Position numbers and translations under genes: made by a program. 64,000 nt of DNA, taken from assembly GCA_964357605.1 (NCBI GenBank), contig CAYHLX010000003.1, positions 1,579 to 65,578 of the forward strand, given 5' to 3'. The notes below the pieces were generated by a model. That model made no database searches, was not told where the DNA came from, and was given only the letters and a program-made list of their open reading frames with translations. The DNA is from an uncultured Candidatus Saccharibacteria bacterium. Lineage in GTDB: Bacteria; Patescibacteriota; Minisyncoccia; Phycocordibacterales; PALSA-1337. Of the stretch, positions 17,849-27,675 are shown one piece after another. The first letter of the stretch is position 1, and every line of letters starts with the position of its first letter.

Positions 17849-19624
17849 CTACATGAGCCTAATTGGTGTCACGGCCATGCTGACCATACCGTGGACTTTG
17901 AAGCATTCCCGAGGCACAGCACAGCCATGTACTGAGACAATTTCTCCATTGAGTACCCAAGGACGCATGAGAAGGCGGCAACGGAACATTTCTGCCCTGG
18001 CCTTTCCTGTGTGCCATGCTGGAATTGCAATCACTCCAGTATCGAACATTTTTTGAACGAGGAATGGCTCAGAAGCTTGTAACCGAGCACTAATCCATTC
18101 AGACCAATCTTTGCTCTTGATACCTCGTCCCATGAGCACACCGTAGGAGCGTGCAGATAAGCTGTTTGCTCCAACAATTTTCATGACCAGTCTATTCCTT
18201 ATTTTCTCAGGTAAGGTTAAAAGGTCTGTGAGGTTGCTGATTTGGTTTTGGCCAATGATGAAGGGTAATGAGTGCGCGCCTTCAACAAGGTGTGACTCTG
18301 GCAGAACCTGCTGAAGCAAAGACATTTCAGTGGGACTGATATGCTTTGCGAACAGGTCTCGGTATTTCCAAAACAGGTGGAACCAGGCTTTGTTGCCAAA
18401 GTGTCCCCATTCCGGATACATACTGACTTTTCCTTCACGGGCAGCGAACACCAGATCGGCGAGTTTCCCCCCTGTTTCAAAGATGGGGAATTGACGCCAA
18501 ATGGCGCCAAGACGTGAACCGTTATGATAGACTCCATCACTTTTGATCGTGAGTTCGTGGAGTTGGTCAGTCATGAGTAGTCGAATATCGTAGCCTTTCT
18601 CGACAAGATGGTTGACCAACCACGCTGTTTCTGGAACGTAGCACTTTGACCACTGGTGCGAAACGAGGAAGAGAAGAGGTCCTTTACGTGTGAGCCAGTC
18701 AAAAAAATCTCTCCATCTTTCCTCATTCATTTCGTAGGCATTATCCAAAAGAACGAGTTCTGGCATGCCGCCTGGCATTTCATCATTTTCAGATGCACTC
18801 AGACCTGATGGATGCCAATGAAGGTCCGGCCGGGTGACGGTGAAGCAATCAACGCCGGGATTGAGGTAAACTTCACGGAGTCGAGGTTCCTGAAGTGTCA
18901 CCCCTGACAAGATTACTCTTTGTATATCCTCGTCTTGACGAAGAAGTAAGTGTGAAGCTTTCTCAAAATTTCGCATTGCGGTGACGACCGATTGGATCAT
19001 TTCTCTTTCAAAACCAACAGGCTCAGGCAAAACCCGAACCCAACTGATTTTAGATCCACGAGGCAATTCCATGGCGAAACTTCGATCGGCAATAGCGGCG
19101 GCTAGATCGGGACCACTGTTGAGCGCCGCGATTTTTGTGGCGATTGCGCTTGGGTCTATTTCGATAATTTCCCTTGGCCCGTCAGTTCCTTTCTTTGGCG
19201 TGCCCCAGGGAAAATTTCCCTTATCGATTTCTAAAAGAAAACGTTTCCCAAAATGAGCTCGTGTTTGTCGAGCGCAGCCGGCATAGTGGTTTTCATTGTG
19301 GCATCTTTCTCCGATTTTGACACACCACGCTGTTCCTGTTGCCCAATCTGGTACGATAGAAGACCTGGCGACTGCCGTGTTGAAACGACGATTGCCGGTG
19401 TTTCCATCAAAGATTGCTACGGATTTTGGTCCAGCAATCAAGCATGCTTCTTCGGAAGAACCGCAGACAATGCTCTTGTAAGCGACGCCCTCTAACTTTG
19501 CTAACTGCTTCATCACTCCGACACTACGAGGATTACTGATCCCTGCATTGTGCAAGGTAAAGAAGGTATCTGGCTTGTCGAAGATCTGAGCTTTTACCTG
19601 TGGAACGATCAATTCATTGTTCAT
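17849..19624 (-). CDS. Circularly permuted ATP-grasp amide ligase (glutathionylspermidine-synthase-like) with an unknown N-terminal domain
   Basis: RPDL..SENDEMPGG, GNKAWF, LVMK..ARSYGV, PFLVQK, KVHG. Start is 19624 or 19681. Confidence 0.75.
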   Translation of the reverse strand: MNNELIVPQVKAQIFDKPDTFFTLHNAGISNPRSVGVMKQLAKLEGVAYKSIVCGSSEEACLIAGPKSVAIFDGNTGNRRFNTAVARSSIVPDWATGTAWCVKIGERCHNENHYAGCARQTRAHFGKRFLLEIDKGNFPWGTPKKGTDGPREIIEIDPSAIATKIAALNSGPDLAAAIADRSFAMELPRGSKISWVRVLPEPVGFEREMIQSVVTAMRNFEKASHLLLRQDEDIQRVILSGVTLQEPRLREVYLNPGVDCFTVTRPDLHWHPSGLSASENDEMPGGMPELVLLDNAYEMNEERWRDFFDWLTRKGPLLFLVSHQWSKCYVPETAWLVNHLVEKGYDIRLLMTDQLHELTIKSDGVYHNGSRLGAIWRQFPIFETGGKLADLVFAAREGKVSMYPEWGHFGNKAWFHLFWKYRDLFAKHISPTEMSLLQQVLPESHLVEGAHSLPFIIGQNQISNLTDLLTLPEKIRNRLVMKIVGANSLSARSYGVLMGRGIKSKDWSEWISARLQASEPFLVQKMFDTGVIAIPAWHTGKARAEMFRCRLLMRPWVLNGEIVSVHGCAVPRECFKVHGMVSMAVTPIRLM

Positions 19625-19728
19625 GATAATAACAAGTTTTGGTTTAACAATGTGCAATTCAGCTCGTCCTGTACATGACATGTTCAGGTGCTGATGTGAA
19701 AAATGATCATTTCTCGCATCAATTCCCG

Positions 19729-19879
19729 AACGAAAAACCTCCGGTGGTCCGGAGGTTTAGAGTTGATTATATGAGATATTTCCTTAGTGAATAGACATAG
19801 ACATATGATCAAACTTTAAACCTCCGCCTGTATACTTTGTGTGCAGCCAAGCAAAGCAAGCCATCTTTCGAAGGCGGAG
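19729..19879 (-). promoter_or_regulatory. Transcription attenuator with 1:2, 2:3 and 3:4 hairpins
   Basis: Region 1 CTCCGCCT (19872-19879), region 2 AGGCGGAGGTTTAAAGTTTGAT (19808-19829), region 3 ATCAACTCTAAACCTCCGG (19749-19767), region 4 CCGGAGGTTT followed by TTCGTT. Confidence 0.8.
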
Positions 19880-19915
19880 AATGTTTTTCATGAAATGTGA
19901 TCGGGTCGTTTGCAT
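19784..19915 (-). CDS. Putative 43-aa leader peptide MQTTRSHFMKNILRLRKMACFAWLHTKYTGGGLKFDHMSMSIH
   Basis: ATG shortly after the promoter. The ORF covers attenuator regions 1 and 2 and stops before region 3. Confidence 0.65.
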   Translation of the reverse strand: MQTTRSHFMKNILRLRKMACFAWLHTKYTGGGLKFDHMSMSIH

Positions 19916-19929
19916 ATGTTATGGAGGTA

Positions 19930-19959
19930 AGTATAGGGCTAATATCTCTTTTAAGTCAA
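19930..19959 (-). promoter_or_regulatory. Sigma70-type promoter of the ATP-grasp operon
   Basis: TTGACT-18-TATACT. Confidence 0.7.
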
Positions 19960-20043
19960 GTCAGCTGCAGGTAGTGAATGAAAGGGTTTTTGTCTTTATA
20001 CACAATAATATATGTAGATCCTCATGATATAATTATGGGGCTT

Positions 20044-21792
20044 ATGTTCATTGAAGACTCCCAACTAAACAAATTTATCATTGACTCCAATCTTGTCTCT
20101 CAAGCTGATTTGGAATCTGCCAAAATTGAGGCTGAAAAAAAGGGTACTCGCATCGGAGATATTCTCGTAAGTTCTGGAAAAATCACCGAAGACAACCTGC
20201 GTCGCATGCAAGCTTATGTTCTAGGTATTCCTTTCGTAGATTTAAAGGATCGTAAGATTCCCTTTGAAACCCTCTCCCTTATTCCAGAACCAGTAGCACG
20301 CACTCACAATATTGTCGCTTTCAAAAAAAGCGAAGACTCTCTAGAGGTGGCTATGTTGGATGTAGATGATCTATCCGCCATCGATTTCATTAAGAAAAAA
20401 GTTAATCTCAAGATTTTGGCACGTCTCACCGATACCGAATCTATCAAGAGCGCCATAATTCAATATCAAAAAAGCTTGAAGGCGGAGTTCGGAGACCTGA
20501 TCCAAAAGGAGACGGAAACCCTAAAAACTATTGCCGAAGGGACGGGGAACGATGCTTCTGAAGAAGATTTGAAAAAGATTGCTGAAGATCTACCTGTAGT
20601 GAGAATTGTGGATACTCTTTTGAAACATGCCATCATTCAGAACGCTTCCGATATCCATATTGAACCCATGGAGATGGAACTTTTGGTTAGGTACCGCATA
20701 GACGGACTTCTCCATGATGCCATGGTTCTACCAAAGAACGCTGAACCATCTATCACCGCCCGCATCAAAGTACTTTCCAGTCTCAAGCTTGATGAAAAAC
20801 GCCTACCTCAGGACGGTCGTTTCAAGGTAGATATGAATAACGAAAAAGTTTCTTTCCGTGTTTCTGTCCTACCAACTTACTATGGAGAAAAGACCGTTAT
20901 GCGTCTCTTGCGCGAGAATGTTTCTGGATTTACTCTAGAGTACCTGGCTTTTCATGGGGAAGGGTTAGAGGCCATTCATCATGCCGTAACTCAAACCACT
21001 GGCATGATCCTTACTACCGGACCAACGGGATCTGGGAAGACGACCACCCTCTATACTATTCTAGATATCTTAAATACTCCCGATGTAAATATTTCAACCA
21101 TTGAGGATCCAGTAGAATATCAGATGAAGAGGATTAATCAGACGCAGGTAAATCCTGATATTGGCTTCACCTTTGCTTCTGGTTTGCGTACTCTAGTTCG
21201 TCAGGATCCAGACATTATCATGGTGGGAGAAATTCGTGACAACGAGACCGCGGCTCTGGCAGTGAACGCTTCCTTGACAGGTCACCTAGTGCTTTCCACC
21301 CTTCACACCAATAGTGCCGCTGGAGCTATTCCACGTCTTCTGGATATGAAGATTGAACCATTTCTCCTAGTTTCAACCATCAACATTATTATTGCCCAGA
21401 GATTGGTCCGTAGACTTTCTGACACCAAGGAGAAATATTTTCTTTCAAAAGCGGAAGTAGAAGCTCTCGGCAAAACAGTGAATTTGGAGAAGGTCTTAGG
21501 TTTCCTTAAAACAGAAAAGGTCGTAAAATCTGTAGAGTCTTGGGAAAAAATCCCTTTTTTTAAGGCAGTACCAAACAAGGAGGATGATGGTTACAAGAGT
21601 CGTATTGGTATTCACGAGGTCTTGAGAGTGACTCAGGGCATTAGAGAATTGATCATCAAGGGTGGAACGGCTGAAGAGATCGAAAATCAGGCGAAAAAAG
21701 AGGGAATGCTCACGATGCTCGAGGATGGAATCTTTAAGGCGGTTCAAGGACACACGACGATCGAGGAAGTTTTACGTGTTATTTCTGAGTAG
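20044..21792 (+). CDS. pilB: Type IV pilus assembly ATPase PilB/GspE family
   Basis: ASDIHIEP, RLPQDGR, Walker A GPTGSGKT, RQDPDIIMVGEIRD, GHLVLSTLHTN. Confidence 0.93.
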   Translation: MFIEDSQLNKFIIDSNLVSQADLESAKIEAEKKGTRIGDILVSSGKITEDNLRRMQAYVLGIPFVDLKDRKIPFETLSLIPEPVARTHNIVAFKKSEDSLEVAMLDVDDLSAIDFIKKKVNLKILARLTDTESIKSAIIQYQKSLKAEFGDLIQKETETLKTIAEGTGNDASEEDLKKIAEDLPVVRIVDTLLKHAIIQNASDIHIEPMEMELLVRYRIDGLLHDAMVLPKNAEPSITARIKVLSSLKLDEKRLPQDGRFKVDMNNEKVSFRVSVLPTYYGEKTVMRLLRENVSGFTLEYLAFHGEGLEAIHHAVTQTTGMILTTGPTGSGKTTTLYTILDILNTPDVNISTIEDPVEYQMKRINQTQVNPDIGFTFASGLRTLVRQDPDIIMVGEIRDNETAALAVNASLTGHLVLSTLHTNSAAGAIPRLLDMKIEPFLLVSTINIIIAQRLVRRLSDTKEKYFLSKAEVEALGKTVNLEKVLGFLKTEKVVKSVESWEKIPFFKAVPNKEDDGYKSRIGIHEVLRVTQGIRELIIKGGTAEEIENQAKKEGMLTMLEDGIFKAVQGHTTIEEVLRVISE

Positions 21793-21803
21793 TTTTTTAA
21801 ATC

Positions 21804-23021
21804 ATGTCACATTTTATTTTTAAAGCAAAAAGACCAGGTGGGCAAGTATACAAAGGGGAGCGAGACGCTCGCGATCGTTATGAACTTTATAAAATCATCA
21901 AAGAAGGAGGAGAAGAAGTTATTTCTGTGGAAGAGAAAAAAAGCTTTTCTTTTAAAAGTCTCAATATACAATTGCCATTTCTGAATGGAATTAAAGCTCA
22001 AGAAAAGATAACTTTTACTCGTAATCTAGGTTCGATGATTAAAGCTGGACTGTCTATGTCTAGAGCTCTTTCGGTAATGCAAAAACAAGACAAGAGTAAG
22101 AAAATCAAGACCATTATTGCTACGATTAGTGAAGAAATTAGCAAAGGTAAAACGTTGAGTGACGCGATGAGGATGTTTAAAAACATGTTTTCTCCCCTCG
22201 TCATCTCGATGGTTCGCTCAGGAGAAGAGAGTGGAACACTCGCTGAGTCTCTAAGAGTCGTGTCTTTGCAGATGGATAAAAATTATCTATTACAAAAGAG
22301 AATCAAGGGGGCGTTGATGTATCCGGCTGTCATTCTCTTTGCGATGATTATTATCGCCATTATTCTTCTCACATACATTGTTCCAACACTTACAAAGACA
22401 TTTACCGAGTTGAATCTCGCTTTACCACTATCTACCAAGTTTGTTTTGTGGGTTAGTGAAACCATCAGGAATCATGGCATCCTTCTCTTTCTAGCTTTAA
22501 TTGTGATCTGTGGTGGTTTATATATCTGGTCAAAACAGCTGAGTGGAAAAAAAATACTACATTATCTCATCTTAAAGATTCCTGTTATCGGAAATCTCAT
22601 AAAAGAAGTCAACGCCGCTCGTACAGCTAGAGCCCTCTCTTCTTTGGTGAATTCTGGAGTCGATGTTTTGGAATCATTGCGAATTACTCAGGATATTGTT
22701 CAGAATGTTCATTACAAAAAGGTTTTGGAAGATGCTGTTAAAACTGTTGAGAAAGGAGAGCCTATTTCTAAAATATTTACTGAAAATTCACAATTGTACC
22801 CATTATTCCTCGGTGAGATGATTAGTGTGGGAGAAGAGACTGGTAAAATAGGGGAGATGCTTATGGGGGTGGCGGTTTTTTATGAAGAGGATGTGGATCA
22901 AAAAACCAAAGACATGTCTTCGATTATTGAGCCATTTTTGATGATTATTATTGCGGCAGCTGTGGGATTCTTTGCAGTAGCGATGATTTCGCCCATGTAT
23001 TCTTTGGTTGATGCTATCTAA
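21804..23021 (+). CDS. pilC: Type IV pilus platform protein PilC/GspF family
   Basis: GEESGTL, ALMYP, GEETGKI, IEPFLM; two T2SSF domains. Confidence 0.93.
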   Translation: MSHFIFKAKRPGGQVYKGERDARDRYELYKIIKEGGEEVISVEEKKSFSFKSLNIQLPFLNGIKAQEKITFTRNLGSMIKAGLSMSRALSVMQKQDKSKKIKTIIATISEEISKGKTLSDAMRMFKNMFSPLVISMVRSGEESGTLAESLRVVSLQMDKNYLLQKRIKGALMYPAVILFAMIIIAIILLTYIVPTLTKTFTELNLALPLSTKFVLWVSETIRNHGILLFLALIVICGGLYIWSKQLSGKKILHYLILKIPVIGNLIKEVNAARTARALSSLVNSGVDVLESLRITQDIVQNVHYKKVLEDAVKTVEKGEPISKIFTENSQLYPLFLGEMISVGEETGKIGEMLMGVAVFYEEDVDQKTKDMSSIIEPFLMIIIAAAVGFFAVAMISPMYSLVDAI

Positions 23022-23027
23022 ATTGTT

Positions 23028-24827
23028 ATGAAAAAGGGCTTTACTTTAATAGAGATACTGGTCGGGGTCGCTGTTTTTCTCATTGTGGCAACTGGTGTAT
23101 ATCGAGCTTACACTAGCCTCTTTGTTTTAACTAGCCTCAATCAGTACAAAATTCTTGCTTTAAATTTAGCTAATGAACAATTTGAAATTGTACGTAACTT
23201 AACCTATGCTAATGTCGGTGAAATAAGTGGTATTCCAAATGGAACCATTCCTCCAGTTCAAACTTTGATCCGTGGAGGCATCACCTTTAAGGTGACCACT
23301 ACCGTCAGAAATGTGGACCTACCTTTTGATGGAACCATTGGTGGTTCTCCAAATGATCTTTCTCCGGCAGATAATAAATTGGTTAATGTGAAAGTGGAAT
23401 GTGAGACCTGTAAAGATTATTCTCCTATTGAACTCACCACCACTATTGCTCCTAAAAATCTTGAAACAGCTTCTACAAATGGGGCACTCTTTGTAAAGGT
23501 CTTTGATGCCAATGGTCTGGCTGTTTCAGATGCGGCAGTGAGAATTGTAAATAGTACAGTAAGTCCAAACATTATTGTTGAAGATGTGACAGATGTAAAT
23601 GGCATGCTTCAGATTGTTGATGTTCCTCCAGGAGTTCAAGCCTATTCTATTTCTGTCTCAAAAGATGGGTATTCTTCTGCTCGGACATATCCTCCAGGTG
23701 GAGTGGTGAATGGATATTTGAATCCTACCCCAACTCAACCAGATGCTACGGTGGTGATCCAGCAGGTGACTCAAGTGAGTTTTGCTATAGATAAAGTGAG
23801 CACCCTTTCTTTTGATAGCGTGACTCCGATGTGTGTACCTATCGGTGGGGTGGATTTTAATCTTTCTGGATCAAAAACGGCTGGTGTTGGTATTCCAGAA
23901 TTTTTGAGAAATTTAACCACTGATGGATCTGGTAATTACTCTAGTTCAACGATGGAATGGGATGCTTACAATGTAGTTGGCATTGATAGCAATTATAATA
24001 TTATTGGTCTCAATCCCTTAAATCTGATCCCACTCAATCCCGATAGTGTGCAGAATGTAAAAATGATTGTGGACACCAAAGACCCGAGAAGTTTATTAGT
24101 GACAGTTAAAGATAGTGTGACTCAACTACCTCTGACTGACGTGACCGTAGAAGTCAGTGGTCCAGGTTCGTATTCCTCAACCAAGATTACTGATCGTGGT
24201 CATCTCAATCAGACTGATTGGTCAGCTGGCGCAGGGCAAGAGATGTATATCAATCCACTCGCTTATCTTATAGACGATGGTGGTGTAAGTGTAGATAGTC
24301 CAGTAGGGGAAATAAAGCTTAGAGATATTTTTGGAAGCTTCTCCTCCTCGGGGACGCTTGAATCATCTACTATTGATGTAGGATCACCAAGTAATTTTTA
24401 TAATATAGTTTTAGAGCCAACAGACCAACCCATAGAAACTGGAGTAAATAGTGTGAGGTTGCAGTTGGCAACTAACAAAAAACTTACAGCTACCACTACC
24501 TGGGATTATAAGGGACCTGATGGTACTTCAGCTACATACTATACTCCATCGAATTCGGTAATTAGTGGTGTCCATAATGAAGATCGCTATGTTCGTTACA
24601 AAGTCTTTCTTTCTACAGAATCCGCTATTTCTACGCCAAATATTTCTGATATTTCCTTTACCTTTACTTCAGACTGTACTCCTCCAGGTCAAGTAGTTTT
24701 TACCGGACTAGATGCAGGCACATATCAAGTAACTGTTTCAAAGGCTGGTTATACACCAACCCAAGTTCAGGTGGTAATATCTACTTCTGATGATTGGATT
24801 GAACAACAAATCATCCTAGCTCCATAA
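23028..24827 (+). CDS. Large prepilin-type protein with beta-sandwich (carboxypeptidase-regulatory-like) domains
   Basis: KKG|FTLIE class III signal and VSKDGY/VSKAGY repeats. Confidence 0.85.
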   Translation: MKKGFTLIEILVGVAVFLIVATGVYRAYTSLFVLTSLNQYKILALNLANEQFEIVRNLTYANVGEISGIPNGTIPPVQTLIRGGITFKVTTTVRNVDLPFDGTIGGSPNDLSPADNKLVNVKVECETCKDYSPIELTTTIAPKNLETASTNGALFVKVFDANGLAVSDAAVRIVNSTVSPNIIVEDVTDVNGMLQIVDVPPGVQAYSISVSKDGYSSARTYPPGGVVNGYLNPTPTQPDATVVIQQVTQVSFAIDKVSTLSFDSVTPMCVPIGGVDFNLSGSKTAGVGIPEFLRNLTTDGSGNYSSSTMEWDAYNVVGIDSNYNIIGLNPLNLIPLNPDSVQNVKMIVDTKDPRSLLVTVKDSVTQLPLTDVTVEVSGPGSYSSTKITDRGHLNQTDWSAGAGQEMYINPLAYLIDDGGVSVDSPVGEIKLRDIFGSFSSSGTLESSTIDVGSPSNFYNIVLEPTDQPIETGVNSVRLQLATNKKLTATTTWDYKGPDGTSATYYTPSNSVISGVHNEDRYVRYKVFLSTESAISTPNISDISFTFTSDCTPPGQVVFTGLDAGTYQVTVSKAGYTPTQVQVVISTSDDWIEQQIILAP

Positions 24828-24832
24828 ATACC

Positions 24833-25444
24833 ATGAAGACACAATCACAAAAAGCCTTTTCCTTAATAGAAATCATCGTAGTGGTGGCGATATTTTCCTT
24901 GATTATCGTCCTTGTCGGATCATTTCAAAGTAATATCTTGGTCTATAACAAATATTCAAGCGACGTAATTTCTAGTGCCCAAGATGCTCGATCTATTTTA
25001 CGTACGATGGTACAAGAAATGCGTTCGGCGAAGACAGGTAATAATGGATCGTACCCAATAGTTCAGGTGGCAACTAGTACGATAGTTTTTTTCAGTGACA
25101 CGGATGCTGATGGTTTACAAGAACAGATTAGATATTTTATTACCACTACTACCTTGACGAAGGGAGTGATCAAACCTTCAGGATCTCCTCTCTCATATAA
25201 TCCAGGTCAAGAAAAATTCTCTATCTTGGCTTATAATATAAAGAACGGAACTTCAACCAGTCTCTTTGAATATTTTGATAGTTCTTATAACGGCACATCA
25301 AGTCCTTTGGTTCAACCTGTCGCGGTCAACACAATTCGTCTTGTGAGGATAAATCTACTCATCGATGCTGATCCGAGACGTTCCCCATTACCTAGACTTT
25401 ATACTTCAGATGCCACATTTCGTAATCTAAAAGATAATCTATGA
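24833..25444 (+). CDS. Minor pilin (PilW-like)
   Basis: KA|FSLIE class III signal and C-terminal FRNL. Confidence 0.85.
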   Translation: MKTQSQKAFSLIEIIVVVAIFSLIIVLVGSFQSNILVYNKYSSDVISSAQDARSILRTMVQEMRSAKTGNNGSYPIVQVATSTIVFFSDTDADGLQEQIRYFITTTTLTKGVIKPSGSPLSYNPGQEKFSILAYNIKNGTSTSLFEYFDSSYNGTSSPLVQPVAVNTIRLVRINLLIDADPRRSPLPRLYTSDATFRNLKDNL

Positions 25445-26895
25445 AAAATCCTAGTTTTTTAAAAGGAATCATCCTCATTAATGTTCTGATCTTTGCGGTC
25501 ATTGCTATTATTGTTACTTTAGCCTTAATCAATTGGGCAGCGGCTACTCTGCGTAACTCTCAACAATTAGCTTCACGCGAGCAAGCTTTTCAGGTGGCGG
25601 AGGCCGGGGTAGATTATTATCGGTGGCATCTTGCGCATGCTCAATCAGATTATACTGATGGAAATTCAGTTTCATCGACAGGACCATATGTCCATGATTT
25701 TAAAGATAAGGATGGTCAGGTGATTGGTCAATTTGCTTTGACGATTACCCCTCCACCTACAGGATCAACAGTAGTCAAGATCCGTTCAAGGGGTACTGTT
25801 GTTGATAATCCCAATGTTTCTAGAACCATCGAAGCAACTTTAGCGATACCATCATTAGCAAAATATGCTGTGGCGGCCAATGATGTGATGCGTTTCGGAG
25901 TTGGGACAGAAGTTTTCGGGCCAATTCATTCTAATAATGGTATTAGGTTTGAAGGACTTGCACATAACGTGATTACTAGTGCTAAGGATAAATATATTGA
26001 CCCAGATCAAGGTACTCACAATCCATCATGGTATCAGTTTGGCGTCTATACCACAGTTAATCCAAATGAAAAAAATACTGATTCTACTCCGCCAACCACA
26101 GTGCCAAATAGGCCGGATGTGTTTATGGCGGGTAGGCAGTTTCCTGTTCCAGCCATTGATTTTGTTGGATTGACTACCAATCTTTCTCAGATGAAAAGTG
26201 ATGCTCAAGCCAATGGGAAATATTTTGCTTCGTCTGGATCACAAGGTTACCAGGTTATCTTAAAGACCAACGATACTTTTGATTTATATCGTGTTACTTC
26301 TTTAACCAATCGCTCCAATGCTTGTGTAAATGATAATCAGGATCAAGCTAATTGGGGAACTTGGAGTATTCAAAATAAACAATTTATTCAAAATCATCCA
26401 TTTCCCGCTAATGGAATTATTTTCGTAGAAGATCATGTGTGGGTAGAAGGGCAGGTGAACACTGGTAGAGTGACGATTGCTGCCGGAAGATTTCCAGATA
26501 ATCCATCTACACGCAGAAGTATTACGGTCAATAATGATTTAACTTATACAAATTATAATGGTGAAGATAGTATCGCTCTGATTGCCCAGGGTGATATTAA
26601 TGCGGGACTATCAAGTCAAAATGATTTGAGAATAGATGCTGCTCTGGTAGCTCAAAATGGTAGAGTGGGGAGGTATTATTATTCTAGTGATTGTGGAACT
26701 GGTTATACACGTAGCATTATTACTCTCTACGGCATGATTGCCAGTAATAAACGCTATGGTTTTGCCTATACTGATGGTACAGGTTATCAGACCAGAGATA
26801 TTATTTATGATTCCAATCTACTCTATGCTCCTCCGCCGAGTTTTCCTCTGACTTCTAGTCAATACACAACTATTTCTTGGGATGAGGTGAAGTAA
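25441..26895 (+). CDS. PilX-like minor pilin with a large C-terminal domain
   Basis: KG|IILINVL lacking Glu5, AFQVAEAGV motif, terminal WDEV. Confidence 0.8.
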   Translation: MKNPSFLKGIILINVLIFAVIAIIVTLALINWAAATLRNSQQLASREQAFQVAEAGVDYYRWHLAHAQSDYTDGNSVSSTGPYVHDFKDKDGQVIGQFALTITPPPTGSTVVKIRSRGTVVDNPNVSRTIEATLAIPSLAKYAVAANDVMRFGVGTEVFGPIHSNNGIRFEGLAHNVITSAKDKYIDPDQGTHNPSWYQFGVYTTVNPNEKNTDSTPPTTVPNRPDVFMAGRQFPVPAIDFVGLTTNLSQMKSDAQANGKYFASSGSQGYQVILKTNDTFDLYRVTSLTNRSNACVNDNQDQANWGTWSIQNKQFIQNHPFPANGIIFVEDHVWVEGQVNTGRVTIAAGRFPDNPSTRRSITVNNDLTYTNYNGEDSIALIAQGDINAGLSSQNDLRIDAALVAQNGRVGRYYYSSDCGTGYTRSIITLYGMIASNKRYGFAYTDGTGYQTRDIIYDSNLLYAPPPSFPLTSSQYTTISWDEVK

Positions 26896-26913
26896 ATGTT
26901 ATACTTTCGGCAT

Positions 26914-27672
26914 ATGAAAAGGAAAATCATTGTCGGTAATTGGAAGATGCATCCGGTGAGTTTAGATGAAGCAAAAAGGATTTTTGGGGCTATAAAGAGG
27001 ACAGCAGGCAGACTTTCATCTACCCATGTGGTTGTTTGTCCATCATTTGTCTATATAGATGTTCTAAGGTCAAAAAGAGGTCCTTCGGTGGTCGGTATGG
27101 GCGCTCAAAATGTTTTTTTTGAACAAGAAGGTTCGTATACTGGTGAAATTAGCCCTATCATGCTAAAAGATTTTGGGGTGACTCATGTGATTGTAGGACA
27201 TTCAGAACGTCGGGCGATGGGAGAAACAGATGAAATAGTAGCAAAAAAGGTCCAAGCCATTCTAGAAGCTGGCATCCATCCTATTCTTTGTGTGGGTGAA
27301 AGTGTTCGTGACACTCACGCTCTTTATCTTGAAACTCTACGAAATCAAATCAAGAATTCTTTAACCAAAACTTCCAAGAAATTGATAAATCATCTAATCA
27401 TCGCTTACGAACCTGTCTGGGCCATAGAGGCTAAAGAGCCAATGGACACTGCGACGATTCAGGAAATGGCTCTGTTTGTAAAAAAGGTGGTATCAGATAT
27501 ATATGGCCATGACAATGGCATTGCTACCCCAATTCTTTATGGAGGTGCGGTGAACTTTAGAAATGCCGGGGATATTATTTCTAGAGGGGGAGTAGATGGA
27601 CTCTTGGTCGGCAGAGAAAGTGTGAATGCTCCTGGATTTACTGAGCTTCTCAAAGCTGTCGATAATCTTTAA
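26914..27672 (+). CDS. tpiA: Triosephosphate isomerase
   Basis: GNWKM, GHSERR, AYEPVWAI, LYGGAV. Confidence 0.95.
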   Translation: MKRKIIVGNWKMHPVSLDEAKRIFGAIKRTAGRLSSTHVVVCPSFVYIDVLRSKRGPSVVGMGAQNVFFEQEGSYTGEISPIMLKDFGVTHVIVGHSERRAMGETDEIVAKKVQAILEAGIHPILCVGESVRDTHALYLETLRNQIKNSLTKTSKKLINHLIIAYEPVWAIEAKEPMDTATIQEMALFVKKVVSDIYGHDNGIATPILYGGAVNFRNAGDIISRGGVDGLLVGRESVNAPGFTELLKAVDNL

Positions 27673-27675
27673 TCT

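Noticed and set aside
27400-27625. TPI inactivation (WAIEAK and LVGRES instead of WAIGTG and LVGGAS)
   Set aside because: The catalytic Lys, His and Glu are intact and the gene is paired with pgk, so this is treated as ordinary divergence.
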